A stretch of 64,000 nt of DNA from Escherichia coli. GTDB lineage: Bacteria; Pseudomonadota; Gammaproteobacteria; Enterobacterales; Enterobacteriaceae. The translations under genes were made by a program, and so were the position numbers. The stretch lies in NCBI RefSeq assembly GCF_045037415.1, contig NZ_CP173438.1, one strand, 5' to 3'. Numbering within the stretch: the first letter of the stretch is position 1; every line of letters begins with the position of its first letter. Positions 14,915-29,094 of the stretch are shown in pieces. The notes below the pieces were generated by a model, which saw only the letters and a list, made by a program, of their open reading frames with translations, searched no databases and was not told where the DNA came from.

Positions 14915-15915
14915 TTGGGCTGTTCCTCGTTCAGAGAATTTAAAATCGGGTTAATCAAATGTTCTATCCGTAACGCATACTGACCGTTGAGAGTGCCGTA
15001 CTGACTGGTCAGAACCGGGACGCCGTCAACATGGGCGATGATGCGATCGGGTTTTTCTATCGGCAGGACGTCGCCGGGTTTCAGTTTTAAAATCTGCGAC
15101 AGGCGTAGCGAGATATCGGCAAAGTTGGCCACCAGTTCCAGCTGTGAATGCTGCACCTGGCGCACCAGGTTATCGCGCCAGTTCTGATCTTCATTACGCG
15201 AGTTTTCCAGCGGCGGGTTAACCAACAATTCCCGTAGCGGCTCGATCATGCTGAATGGCAGGCAGATATTAAATTCGCCGGTCAGGTTGCCAATCTCCAC
15301 ATGGAACGGCGTGTTAACCACAATGTCGTTCGGCGAGGTGGTGATATTGGTAAATTTCACCTGCATTTCCGAACGCACGTACTCAACTTCCAGCGGATTA
15401 ATCGCTTTCCAGGCGTCGCTATAGCCTTCAAGCGCCAGCTTTAACATGCGGTTGATGACGCGCTGTTCGGTATGAGTAAACTCGCGACCTTCCACTTTGG
15501 TCGGGAAGCGTCCATCGCCGCCAAACAGGTTATCCACGGCGATAAACACCAGGCTCGGCGAGAACACCACCAGCCCTGTGCCGCGCAGCGGTTTAAGGTG
15601 GATAAGGTTCAGGTTGGTCGGCACCGGCAAGTTGCGGGCAAATTCATGGTACGGCTGAATGCGGATGGCCCCGACGGTAATGTCCGGGCTACGGCGCAGC
15701 AGGTTGAACAGCCCCATACGAAAATGGCGGGCAAAGCGCTCATTAATGATTTCCAGCGCCTGCAAACGTTCGCGCACAACCCGTCGTTGGGTATTCGGAT
15801 CGTACGGACGAATGTCACTTTCGCCGCTAACACTGGCTGTCGGTTCGTCTTTGACTTCGCTGTCACCATTCAACAGCGCATCAATTTCAGCTTGAGAAAG
15901 AATACTATCGCCCAT
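14911..15915 (-). CDS. fliM: Flagellar motor switch protein FliM
   Basis: 334 aa starting MGDSILSQAEIDALL; the longer ORF in the track is an upstream extension. Confidence 0.95.
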   Translation of the reverse strand: MGDSILSQAEIDALLNGDSEVKDEPTASVSGESDIRPYDPNTQRRVVRERLQALEIINERFARHFRMGLFNLLRRSPDITVGAIRIQPYHEFARNLPVPTNLNLIHLKPLRGTGLVVFSPSLVFIAVDNLFGGDGRFPTKVEGREFTHTEQRVINRMLKLALEGYSDAWKAINPLEVEYVRSEMQVKFTNITTSPNDIVVNTPFHVEIGNLTGEFNICLPFSMIEPLRELLVNPPLENSRNEDQNWRDNLVRQVQHSQLELVANFADISLRLSQILKLKPGDVLPIEKPDRIIAHVDGVPVLTSQYGTLNGQYALRIEHLINPILNSLNEEQPK

Positions 15916-15919
15916 GTCG

Positions 15920-16384
15920 TTATCGCAGAATAAAAGCGGTATACAGCACGTCGGTGACATCCTGTTTCGGTTGCCCGGCAACAAGCGGGGTGGAAAGTGT
16001 GGTTTTAATCTCGGCAATCAGGTTTTTCTTGCCTTCTTCTGTCGCCAGTACGGCAGCATCCTGACGTGAAAACAGTAACAGCAAGCGACTACGGACTTCC
16101 GGCAAATACTCACTCAGCCGCGAGCGGGTTGCTTCATCTTTCAGTCGCAGGGTTATGCCGATATAAAGCACGCGATCCGCATCGCCCAAATTGACCGTAA
16201 AGGTATCCAGCGCATAGAAGACCGGGGAGGGCACGACGCGTTGCTGCGCTTTGTCGTCAGCGGCAACCTGATGCGAATGCCAGTAGCTGTAACCTGCGCT
16301 GGCACAGGCCGCGAGGGTAATGAATACCAGAATCGGGATCCAAAGCGATCGCTTGCTTTTCTTGCTTATCGCGTAATCAGTCAT
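15920..16384 (-). CDS. fliL: Flagellar basal-body-associated protein FliL
   Basis: 154 aa, single N-terminal TM. Confidence 0.95.
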   Translation of the reverse strand: MTDYAISKKSKRSLWIPILVFITLAACASAGYSYWHSHQVAADDKAQQRVVPSPVFYALDTFTVNLGDADRVLYIGITLRLKDEATRSRLSEYLPEVRSRLLLLFSRQDAAVLATEEGKKNLIAEIKTTLSTPLVAGQPKQDVTDVLYTAFILR

Positions 16385-16488
16385 GTGTTGCGGTCTTCCT
16401 GTGTCGCTACTGCTTATCGGCTAATTATCCTGCGTCTTGAGCGCAACAAAGCGGGGAAAAGACGCGGATTACGGTGCTACCTCTGACG

Positions 16489-17616
16489 TTAGGCGAAAAT
16501 ATCAACGCCGCTGTTGCCTGTTACACGCCCTTGTAAAGAGACGGGAACCGGAAGCGTATCGTCGTCTTCCCCCGTCAGAGGTTCATGGTTTGCTGTGCGT
16601 TGGCTTTGCTGTTGCTGGGAAGCGGCCTGCTGCTGACCACTAAAGCTTTCGCCACTAATGTTGCTTTGCCCTAACTGAATGCCACTTTCGGCCAGCTGCG
16701 TACGCAGTACCGGCAGCGCTGCTTCCAGGGCTGCGCGTACGTGCTGATGCGGTGAAATCATCTGGATCTGCGCCTGGTTATCATCCACTTTGAGGGAAAT
16801 TTGCACTTCACCTAAATCCTGTGGGTGCAGACGCAACTCTGCACTTTGTTGCCCCTGGCGGGTGAACAGCGAAATATGCTGGCTTAATGATTGTTGCCAT
16901 TCGTGAGAACCCAGCGGTGCACTCAAAACAGGCGCGGCGACGGTGGGCAGTGGCTGTGTCTGGTGTGGAGTGATTAGCGGGCTGGCGGCAGCAGTCACCG
17001 GCGAAGGTGTGCTGATGACTTCCGCTTTACTCTGGGCTTCTGCTACCAGCGGTGTTAATGGCTGAGCTGGTGTGCCGGGGGCGTCATCAGGCTGTGCTGT
17101 TGTGAGTTGCGCAGAAGTCAGTTTTGTGAAAAGCGTTGGTTTCTCTGCCGGTAACACGGTTGACGGTGCATCAGTCACTTTGGGCGTATTGTCAAAACCC
17201 GGCAACATCGCAAAAAGGGCGCTCAGGCTTGCGGTGACGTCTTCATTAAGATCATCCGCTTTTTCGTCTTTTGTCGTATTTTTGTCAGCCACCGCAGCCA
17301 ACGTCATCGTCTGAGCGGTGGTTAACGGTGTTGATGTGGATTGTTCGTCGTTGATGACAGGCAGTGTTTCATCCACGGGGATCAGTAAATCCGCTTGTTG
17401 CGCGTCGGAAACAATATCGCTGATCAGCGGCTCGCCTTTTGTCGTGGGCTTATCTGTTGCCACCAGCAACTGGGGGGCCGCTTTGTCGGTAGTTGTCTCG
17501 CCTGCTAATGCTTCGCTCAACAACGCGAGAAAATCTTGTGCAGCATCGCTGGCTTTGCCGCCAGGCAATGTGGTGGTGTCAACGTCGGCGGTAATTAAGG
17601 GCGCTAAGCGAATCAT
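16489..17616 (-). CDS. fliK: Flagellar hook-length control protein FliK
   Basis: 375 aa, Pro/Thr/Gln-rich. Confidence 0.95.
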   Translation of the reverse strand: MIRLAPLITADVDTTTLPGGKASDAAQDFLALLSEALAGETTTDKAAPQLLVATDKPTTKGEPLISDIVSDAQQADLLIPVDETLPVINDEQSTSTPLTTAQTMTLAAVADKNTTKDEKADDLNEDVTASLSALFAMLPGFDNTPKVTDAPSTVLPAEKPTLFTKLTSAQLTTAQPDDAPGTPAQPLTPLVAEAQSKAEVISTPSPVTAAASPLITPHQTQPLPTVAAPVLSAPLGSHEWQQSLSQHISLFTRQGQQSAELRLHPQDLGEVQISLKVDDNQAQIQMISPHQHVRAALEAALPVLRTQLAESGIQLGQSNISGESFSGQQQAASQQQQSQRTANHEPLTGEDDDTLPVPVSLQGRVTGNSGVDIFA

Positions 17617-18056
17617 TCAGGTTTCCTCATGGCGGCGCGCTGGGCGAACTCATCCATCTTTTTCTGATCGAGGCGGTTTTCTGCAAGCAGTGCCGCCGTG
17701 GATTGCCGTTCCTGCAGTGTCTGCCAGGCCTGCAAACGTTGTTTCTTTTCTCGCCAGCTGTTCAGGGCAATGTCAACTTTCTGCGTCCACTGATTAAGTT
17801 GCTGGCGATGCTGAGTAATGGCTTTTTCCAGCGTCTGGATAAACTGCTGATAGTTGATCCAGCGGTTGCTGGTCATCCCGGCACTCATATCGCTATTGAG
17901 GTTATTGCGATATTCATTCTGATAATCGATCAGCATTTTGAGCTGTTCTTCCGCCTGCTGACATCCGCGACGCATTTCACCCAGCAGGCGCGCGGCATCC
18001 TCTACCTCTTTTTCTGCCAGATCTTTCAGGGTCGCCAGCGCGCCATGTTCTGCCAT
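17613..18056 (-). CDS. fliJ: Flagellar export chaperone FliJ
   Basis: 147-aa coiled-coil protein. Confidence 0.95.
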   Translation of the reverse strand: MAEHGALATLKDLAEKEVEDAARLLGEMRRGCQQAEEQLKMLIDYQNEYRNNLNSDMSAGMTSNRWINYQQFIQTLEKAITQHRQQLNQWTQKVDIALNSWREKKQRLQAWQTLQERQSTAALLAENRLDQKKMDEFAQRAAMRKPE

Positions 18057-18074
18057 CTGCCGTTATCTCCTGGG

Positions 18075-19447
18075 TTATGACACTGTCGGGAAAATACGCT
18101 CCAGCCCCTGGAGAGACGCTTCCCAGTCCGCGCGTTCAAAAATGCCTTGTTGCAAATAGCCCTCCAGCTGCGGCCACAGGGCGATGGCTTTGTCGAGCAT
18201 CGGATCGCTGCCTTTGGCATACGCGCCGACGCTAACCAGATCTCGGTTACGCTGAAAACTCGACAACAGCTGTTTGAAGGTGCGCACTCGTGCGTAATGT
18301 TGCTCACTGATCAACGCCGTCATTGCGCGGCTGATCGACGCTTCAATATCGATAGCCGGATAGTGCCCGGCTTCCGCCAGTCGGCGAGACAGCACAATGT
18401 GACCGTCGAGGATGGCCCGCGCGGAGTCGGCAATGGGGTCCTGCTGGTCATCGCCCTCGGTGAGCACGGTATAAAACGCGGTAATCGAGCCGCCGCCGCT
18501 AATGCCATTTCCGGCACGCTCGACCAGTGCCGGTAATTTGGCAAACACCGACGGTGGATAACCTTTAGTAGCAGGTGGTTCGCCAATCGCCAGCGCAATT
18601 TCACGCTGGGCCATCGCGTAGCGGGTGAGGGAGTCCATAATCAGCAACACATGCTGACCACGATCGCGAAAATCTTCGGCAATGCGCGTGGCATAGGCGG
18701 CACCTTGCATTCGCAGGAGCGGAGAAACATCCGCCGGAGCGGCAATCACCACTGAGCGTGCACGTCCTTCGGCACCGAGGATATTCTCAATAAAATCTTT
18801 TACTTCGCGCCCACGTTCACCAATCAAACCCACGACAATGACATCGGCGCGGGTGTAACGTGCCATCATCCCCAACAGCACACTTTTACCAACGCCGGAC
18901 CCGGCAAACAGCCCCATACGCTGCCCGCGCCCGACGGTAAGCAGGGCATTGATTGGGCGCACGCCGGTGTCCAGCACATGTTCAATCGGTGTACGTTGCA
19001 ATGGGTTAAATGGCGGGGTAATCAGCGCACCGGTTTCCGTCGTATCGGGGGAGGGGAGGCCATCGAGCGGTTTACCGCTGCCGTCCAGAACACGACCTAA
19101 TAACGCCGGACCGAGCGGCAACTGCTTGCCGCTTTGCAGCCCTTCTGCCGAAATGTTTTTGGCATATACACGCGCGCCGGGCAGGACACCTTCCACTTCC
19201 TCCAGCGGCATTAAAAACAGCCGTTGACCGTTAAAGCCGACGACTTCGCTTTCTACTTCGTGCGTTTTGCTGCCGTTCTGGCGCTCAATGACACAGGTTG
19301 CGCCGAGCGGCAATTGTAATCCGGTGGCTTCCAGCACCAGCCCGGTAGCGCGGGTTAATCGCCCGTAGCGACGTACCGCAGGCAACTGCGCCATTTTGGC
19401 TTCAAAGTTATCTAGCGTGGTTAGCCAGCGAGTCAGGCGCGTGGTCA

Positions 19448-19448
<1 letters not shown>
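18075..19448 (-). CDS. fliI: Flagellum-specific ATPase FliI
   Basis: 457 aa, Walker A GSGVGKS. Confidence 0.97.
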
Positions 19449-22773
<3,325 letters not shown>

Positions 22774-22987
22774 CGCGCACCTCGTGGCTGATTATGGACG
22801 GCGTTATTGGCAAAGTGGAACAAGACTCACTCCCGGGTCAGCAAACTCGAAAAATTGACGCTCCCATTATTTGTGCTTTCGTTTTTTTCTATCCGCCAAT
22901 AAACCCGTTTTTTTGTTGCTATTTAGCGCCTTTGTCTTATTGACTTACTGGTAGGCTTTGCTATCAGAAATTATCCGGGAGACGAAA

Positions 22988-23302
22988 ATGTCAGCGATAC
23001 AGGGGATTGAAGGGGTTATCAGCCAGTTACAGGCTACGGCGATGAGTGCGCGTGCGCAGGAATCACTGCCGCAACCGACCATTAGTTTTGCCGGGCAGCT
23101 GCACGCCGCGCTCGATCGCATAAGCGATACACAAACAGCCGCCCGCACGCAGGCAGAAAAATTCACCCTCGGTGAACCCGGCGTGGCGCTAAACGATGTG
23201 ATGACCGATATGCAAAAAGCCTCAGTTTCTATGCAAATGGGGATTCAGGTGCGTAATAAGCTGGTGGCGGCGTATCAGGAAGTGATGTCCATGCAGGTGT
23301 AG
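22988..23302 (+). CDS. fliE: Flagellar hook-basal body protein FliE
   Basis: 104 aa starting [18 protein letters not shown]; divergent from fliF. Confidence 0.95.
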   Translation: MSAIQGIEGVISQLQATAMSARAQESLPQPTISFAGQLHAALDRISDTQTAARTQAEKFTLGEPGVALNDVMTDMQKASVSMQMGIQVRNKLVAAYQEVMSMQV

Positions 23303-23645
23303 GTTGTGTAACCTGTTGACTATGCTTGTTTAATTATATCCGATCCCACAGCGTGGGGCATGGATGGGCAAACTCACTCAATTTCTGGTTTAAAATGGAT
23401 ACCTGATCCTGGTTGTTTTCTGCCATCCACGATCCGTAAACGCGATAACATGTTTTGTCTTCGCTTTGCTCCCAGGAAGAGTGAACTCTTTCGTTAGCCT
23501 GGGGTTCCTTCTGATCATTATTGTTCCTGCCTTTATCTCTTGCCACGCCAGAGCCCCCTGGATACACATACACCAGGATGAAAACAGTGAGTTGTGTTCA
23601 AACTGTAGTACAATTCTCTCCAGTATGAACAGGAAAGAATATGCT

Positions 23646-23978
23646 ATGAACCCTTATATTTATCTTGGTGGCGCAATACTTGCAGAGGTCATTGGTACAA
23701 CCTTAATGAAGTTTTCAGAGGGGTTTACACGGTTATGGCCCTCTGTTGGCACAATTATTTGCTATTGTGCATCATTCTGGTTATTAGCTCAGACGCTGGC
23801 TTATATACCTACAGGGATTGCTTATGCTATCTGGTCAGGAGTCGGTATCGTTCTGATTAGTTTGCTTTCCTGGGGATTTTTTGGTCAACGACTGGACCTG
23901 CCAGCTATCATAGGCATGATGTTGATTTGTGCCGGTGTGTTAGTCATTAACTTGTTGTCACGAAGTGCACCGCATTAA
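23646..23978 (+). CDS. emrE: Small multidrug resistance (SMR) efflux protein EmrE
   Basis: 110 aa, four TM helices, MNPYIYLGGAILAEVIGTTLMKFSEGF...; essential Glu in TM1. Confidence 0.9.
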   Translation: MNPYIYLGGAILAEVIGTTLMKFSEGFTRLWPSVGTIICYCASFWLLAQTLAYIPTGIAYAIWSGVGIVLISLLSWGFFGQRLDLPAIIGMMLICAGVLVINLLSRSAPH

Positions 23979-24146
23979 AAAATAATTATCCTTGAGATAA
24001 CAGGAATCTGATTTGTGCATATTATGGCTAATGTTCGGGGCACCTTTATAATTATGATTGCATTTGCGCGATCATTGCGCCTTTATGCATAATGAGATCA
24101 AGGCACATCAAATAAAATAACGATAGGTCACAACAATGAGGTTTTT

Positions 24147-24698
24147 ATGAAAAAACTTATCGTTTCAAGTGTATTGGCATTCATAACATTTTCTGCGCAG
24201 GCCGCAGCATTTCAGGTCACTAGTAATGAAATAAAAACAGGAGAGCAACTTACAACGTCTCATGTATTTTCTGGATTTGGGTGTGAAGGTGGTAATACAT
24301 CGCCCTCATTAACCTGGTCTGGTGCTCCTGAAGGCACCAAAAGCTTTGCCGTAACTGTGTATGATCCAGATGCTCCTACAGGCAGTGGATGGTGGCACTG
24401 GACTGTTGCTAATATTCCAGCAACTGTAACATATTTGCCCGCTGATGCAGGAAGACGTGATGGTACAAAACTTCCGACTGGTGCTGTTCAAGGCCGAAAT
24501 GATTTTGGTTATGCAGGATTTGGTGGAGCATGTCCTCCCAAAGGAGATAAACCCCATCATTACCAGTTTAAAGTATGGGCTCTAAAAACTGATAAAATTC
24601 CTGTGGATTCTAATTCCAGCGGAGCGTTAGTTGGTTATATGCTTAATGCCAATAAAATTGCAACCGCTGAGATAACACCAGTTTATGAGATAAAGTAG
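24147..24698 (+). CDS. ybcL: Periplasmic PEBP/RKIP-family protein YbcL
   Basis: Signal peptide MKKLIVSSVLAFITFSAQA; PEBP-like motifs (DPDAP, GWWHW). Confidence 0.85.
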   Translation: MKKLIVSSVLAFITFSAQAAAFQVTSNEIKTGEQLTTSHVFSGFGCEGGNTSPSLTWSGAPEGTKSFAVTVYDPDAPTGSGWWHWTVANIPATVTYLPADAGRRDGTKLPTGAVQGRNDFGYAGFGGACPPKGDKPHHYQFKVWALKTDKIPVDSNSSGALVGYMLNANKIATAEITPVYEIK

Positions 24699-24707
24699 GG
24701 TAAGAGT

Positions 24708-25505
24708 ATGCTGGCAAAAGATAAGACTAACCTAAAGATTGAAGAAATACGGATGCATAAACATCATGAGATTCACAGGGTTAAGCCTCTTATGCCAGCT
24801 TTATGTCGTATCCGTCAGGGAAAAAAAGTTATCAATTGGGAGACGCATAGTCTAACTGTTGATAATAATCAGATAATATTATTTCCCTGTGGATATGAAT
24901 TTTATATTGCGAATTATCCAGAAGCAGGTCTTTATCTTGCAGAAATGCTTTGTTATCCCATTGATCTAATTGAAAAGTTTCAAAAATTTTATGCGATAAC
25001 TGATCAAATTCGTAACACGACAGGTTTCTGCTTACCTCAGAACCCCGAGTTAATATATTGTTGGGAGCAACTAAAAACATCTATTTCCCGAGGCTTCTCA
25101 ACGCAAATTCAGGAACACTTAGCAATGGGCGTTCTACTTTCATTAGGAGCACATCATGTTAATTGTTTACTTTTATCAGATAGTAAACAATCATTAATAA
25201 GTCGTTGTTATAACCTAATGCTATCCGAACCTGGAACAAAATGGACAGCAAACAAGGTAGCGAGATATCTCTACATTTCTGTTTCCACATTGCATCGCCG
25301 TCTGGCAAGCGAGGGAGTAAGTTTTCAAAGTATATTGGACGACGTGAGGTTAAATAATGCGTTGTCTGCTATACAAACGACAGTAAAACCCATCAGCGAG
25401 ATTGCCAGGGAAAATGGTTACAAGTGTCCTTCTCGTTTTACTGAAAGGTTCCATAATCGTTTTAAGATAACACCAAGAGAGCTAAGAAAAGCGTCCAGAG
25501 AGTAA
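24708..25505 (+). CDS. ybcM: AraC-family transcriptional regulator YbcM
   Basis: C-terminal AraC-type HTH; follows ybcL as in the DLP12 prophage. Confidence 0.8.
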   Translation: MLAKDKTNLKIEEIRMHKHHEIHRVKPLMPALCRIRQGKKVINWETHSLTVDNNQIILFPCGYEFYIANYPEAGLYLAEMLCYPIDLIEKFQKFYAITDQIRNTTGFCLPQNPELIYCWEQLKTSISRGFSTQIQEHLAMGVLLSLGAHHVNCLLLSDSKQSLISRCYNLMLSEPGTKWTANKVARYLYISVSTLHRRLASEGVSFQSILDDVRLNNALSAIQTTVKPISEIARENGYKCPSRFTERFHNRFKITPRELRKASRE

Positions 25506-25829
25506 AAGTATTTTATGAAGGAGCAACAGCATCGATTTTTATTTTGGAAAATAAATACGGCATACTCAACCTATTGGAGTCTGAACAATCCGGTGACTTC
25601 TGCGCTAATCGGGGACGTTTCTAAGCACATATAATTGATACTATCTTCCTCCATCACAATTTCAGAAATGCACGTGTGATTTTTTTGCATCCGGCGTTTG
25701 GACTATGTGGAGCTCAAGAGTGGGAAAGTTACAAGAGGTTGAGGGGATAATTAAAGGGATGCTTATGACATTAGATATCCGGTTAGGTACGGATATCGTT
25801 GTTATTAAATCTAGTTGATACGTTAAGAT

Positions 25830-26186
25830 GCAGCTACTGACAAAATAGCCAGGACTCCACAAAACGCCTTTGTCGTAATACCTGACTGCAATATCTGGTC
25901 GATCTCGTCGCAGTAACCTACTCGATACGCCTTTGAGGCTGTTTACCAGACTGGATATCGCCAGTTTGGGAGGATAGTTAATTAACAAATGGACGTGATC
26001 TGGTCCGCCATCCATTTCAACCCGTTCAGCTTCAAAATCAGCACATACATTTGAAAAGTAAGTGCGTAGTTTTTCTGTCGCGTCATGGTCAAAAATCTGA
26101 CGTCGGTATTTAGTAACGAAGACCAGGTGAACATGCTTCAGGAAAACACAATGCCTTCCGCGTCGGATATCGGTTTCTTTTTTCAT
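25830..26186 (-). pseudogene. tnpA: IS200/IS605 Y1 transposase TnpA, C-terminal region apparently replaced
   Basis: MKKETDIRRGRHCVFLKHVHLVFVTKYRRQIF...HVHLL (HuH motif) ...GYFVSSC; the ORF then continues into unrelated sequence, so the C-terminal catalytic-Tyr region seems missing. Confidence 0.6.
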
Positions 26187-26208
26187 AGGCCAAAGTATGA
26201 TTTGGCCC

Positions 26209-26493
26209 ATGAAACGACTACAGGCATTCAAATTCCGGTTAAGACCAGGTGGTCAACAGGAGCGTGGAATGAGGCGCTTCGCAGGCGCATGTCGTTTCGT
26301 TTTCAATCGTGCTCTGGCGCTTCAGAATGAGAATCATGAGGCCGGTAATAAATACATCCCTTACGGGAAAATGGCTTCCTGGTTGGTTGAGTGGAAAAAT
26401 GCCACTGAAACGCAATGGCTTAAAGATTCGCCCTCACAGCCATTGCAACAGTCACTGAAAGACCCTGAGCGGGCTTACAAAAACTTCTTCCGG
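26209..26493 (+). pseudogene. tnpB: TnpB (IS605 OrfB), N-terminal ~95-aa fragment only
   Basis: MKRLQAFKFRLRPGGQQERGMRRFAGACRFVFNRALA... typical TnpB N-terminus; RuvC-like and Zn-finger regions absent. Confidence 0.65.
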
Positions 26494-26917
26494 CTTCGTC
26501 ACCACGCTCAAACGGTGTGCTACCTATCGCGGCTATAAAAACAGCTTGTCCATCAGCACGATAGATAAAATAAGGCTGCTTTTTGTCGCCTTCTTTTTTC
26601 CACTCAAACCAGCCATCGGCAAAACAGATTGCCCGACCATGTTGCCAGAGCGGTTTAAACATGTGACTGGTTGCGGCAGTTTCTACGCGGGCGTTAATCA
26701 GCGGCGGTTTATCCCACCATCCGGGAGCATATCCCCAGAAAACCGGATCCAGATGAAGGTGTTCATCACGTTCACTGAGCAGAAGGACTTTGGTTCCCGG
26801 CGCGACGTTGTATCTGCCAATAGGTTCGGGATCGTAGGGAATATCGCGTTCAATATCTTCCGCGAGAAACGCGAGGTAATCTTCACGCGTTTGGGATTGG
26901 GCAAAGCGTCCACACAT
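26491..26917 (-). pseudogene. yedK: SRAP-domain protein YedK (abasic-site processing), 3'-truncated at the IS junction
   Basis: N-terminus MCGRFAQSQTREDYLAFLAEDIERDIPYDPEPIGRYNVAPG... with catalytic Cys2; homology ends after about 142 residues, then a short unrelated tail. Confidence 0.7.
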
Positions 26918-27025
26918 AGAAACCTCCTGAGAGCACACTGAAAAGAATAGGAGAGAGGGCGGGTAAAATCTATGTGATAGAGAGGTAACGATGTTCCCGC
27001 TGTGGGCCACAGCGGGAATGAGGGA

Positions 27026-27259
27026 TTACTTCTGAATTAAATAACGAATGGTCGGCCCGTCTTGCTGAATATCCAGCACCGTATAGCCGTGATTACGCGC
27101 ATCCAGTGGAATATTATTGATCGACTGCGGACAGTCGCTCACCACTTCCAGGATCTCCCCTTTTTTTAACTGCGGCATCGCCTCAAGGGTTGCGACTGCC
27201 GGATAAGGGCAGGGTTCACCCACCATATCAAGACGGTAATCAGGAACGATATTTTTCAT
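27026..27259 (-). CDS. yedF: TusA-like sulfurtransferase YedF
   Basis: 77 aa, CPxP motif (GEPCPYP). Confidence 0.9.
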   Translation of the reverse strand: MKNIVPDYRLDMVGEPCPYPAVATLEAMPQLKKGEILEVVSDCPQSINNIPLDARNHGYTVLDIQQDGPTIRYLIQK

Positions 27260-28461
27260 GCGATCTCCTTAGCAGTCTGCGGTGCCGCACGGCGGAAGAA
27301 GCGTTTTTCCCAGCCAATAATCAACATTAGAGCAGCAAACAACAGCAAATATGTCACCAGCAGGCCGCCCATCGGGCCAAAGGTTTTCAGCAGGTTGATT
27401 TTGTCCCAGTCGGTGGCCAGCGCCGGAGCGAAATCATCCCAGTAGTACGCCAGAATCGTTGAGCCGATCACGTTGCCCAGACCGACCCACCAGTAGTGCA
27501 CCTGGCCTTCTACCGCGCGGTACATCCAGCCGGTTTCGCAGCCGCCTGCCAGCACGATGCCAAAACCAAACAGTAAACCACCAATTACCGCGTTTGGTCC
27601 CGCCCACATGATTTTGGGTTCAACGCCTAACTGTACGTAACTGAAGATCCCGATGGCACTTACCGCCATACCGATAATGATTGCTTTCGCCATATGGGTA
27701 CGTCCGGTGATCCACATATCGCGGAACGCCGAAGTAAAGCAGATTTGCGCACGTTCAATCAGTAAACCAAAGCCGACGCCAAACAGCATTGCCAGCCCCA
27801 GTTTGGGCTGGTTCATCGCCGTCAGCAGCGCCCAGCCCAGCATGCCGAAAAAGACCAGCATCCCGAGACGAAAACGACGCCGCGCCTGATCCGGTTTTTG
27901 CGTCAACGGTGAGGCAGCAGAAACTTTCTGCATTTTCACGGGAATACGGAAGATGGGCAGAAGGGTAAAGCGCGCGCCAAACCATGAACCAATGGCAGTG
28001 GCGATGGCAAAGAACCAGGCGTGCAGCGAGAACTGTGGAATTCCGGTAAAGAACGCCGCCAGGTTACAGCCCATTGCCAGACGTGCGCCAAAACCGGCGA
28101 TAATACCGCCAATGATGGCCTGCATAATGCGGATACGGCTGCGCGGCATGCGCAGTTTGACATTGTTGGCCCACAGCGCTGCGGCAAAACAGCCGCCAAA
28201 CATACCGAGGATCATCATTCCGTCGATGCGGGTTAATGGCGATCCTTCCAGATGGATAATTTTAAAATAACCCCACTCTTCAGCATGGACGCCGAACAAC
28301 TGCAGGAGCTGACCGCCCCAACGGGTAAATTCACCCGTGACTGCCCAAAAGGTGCCAGTGATGCCAAAATAGTAAGTGGAGAGAATACCCGCCGCGATGA
28401 CCGCGGGGATGGGCGCCCAGAATTTAATCAACCAGGCGTGTTTGAATTGCTGCCATGACAT
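27256..28461 (-). CDS. yedE: Inner membrane selenium/sulfur-compound transporter YedE
   Basis: 401-aa polytopic membrane protein overlapping yedF. Confidence 0.9.
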   Translation of the reverse strand: MSWQQFKHAWLIKFWAPIPAVIAAGILSTYYFGITGTFWAVTGEFTRWGGQLLQLFGVHAEEWGYFKIIHLEGSPLTRIDGMMILGMFGGCFAAALWANNVKLRMPRSRIRIMQAIIGGIIAGFGARLAMGCNLAAFFTGIPQFSLHAWFFAIATAIGSWFGARFTLLPIFRIPVKMQKVSAASPLTQKPDQARRRFRLGMLVFFGMLGWALLTAMNQPKLGLAMLFGVGFGLLIERAQICFTSAFRDMWITGRTHMAKAIIIGMAVSAIGIFSYVQLGVEPKIMWAGPNAVIGGLLFGFGIVLAGGCETGWMYRAVEGQVHYWWVGLGNVIGSTILAYYWDDFAPALATDWDKINLLKTFGPMGGLLVTYLLLFAALMLIIGWEKRFFRRAAPQTAKEIA

Positions 28462-28644
28462 GAATGTAGCCTCTGAACTCAGAAGGTTTGAAACAAGAGT
28501 CGCGAATCATACACCATGCAAATTTATTTTCGGGGTAATAATTCACAAAAATAATGGTTAGATCAAATTTCTCTCTGAACCTGGAAAGGCTGGCGACATC
28601 AGGGCTTTAATGCCACAATCCTCTTTTCTTCTCATGCAGGACGA

Positions 28645-29061
28645 ATGATGAAAAAACTCGCAATTGCAGGTGCGCTCATGTTGCTGGCGGGCTGTGCCGA
28701 AGTCGAAAACTATAACAATGTCGTGAAAACCCCCGCGCCGGACTGGCTGACGGGTTACTGGCAGACCAAAGGGCCGCAACGTGCGTTGGTCAGTCCGGAA
28801 GCGATAGGCAGCCTCATTGTCACTAAAGAGGGCGATACCCTGGATTGCCGTCAGTGGCAGCGGGTGATTGCCGTGCCGGGTAAGTTGACATTGATGTCTG
28901 ATGATCTCACTAACGTTACCGTAAAACGTGAGCTGTACGAGGTTGAGCGTGACGGTAACACCATTGAGTACGATGGTATGACGATGGAGCGTGTGGATCG
29001 CCCGACGGCAGAGTGTGCCGCCGCGCTGGATAAAGCGCCGTTACCGACGCCACTGCCGTAA
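28645..29061 (+). CDS. yedD: Lipoprotein YedD
   Basis: Lipobox LLAGC, 138 aa. Confidence 0.85.
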   Translation: MMKKLAIAGALMLLAGCAEVENYNNVVKTPAPDWLTGYWQTKGPQRALVSPEAIGSLIVTKEGDTLDCRQWQRVIAVPGKLTLMSDDLTNVTVKRELYEVERDGNTIEYDGMTMERVDRPTAECAAALDKAPLPTPLP

Positions 29062-29094
29062 TGAAATCTCCCCGGCTTGCCGCCGGGGATGGAT

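Larger units (their letters stand above)
25830..26493. mobile_element. Degenerate IS200/IS605-family insertion sequence remnant (tnpA plus 5' fragment of tnpB)
   Basis: Divergent TnpA-like and TnpB-like reading frames; both lose homology partway; the right edge abuts truncated yedK. Confidence 0.7.

Noticed and set aside
23303-23645. Possible riboswitch or leader upstream of emrE
   Set aside because: No conserved riboswitch-like structure recognisable by eye; likely just promoter/UTR.
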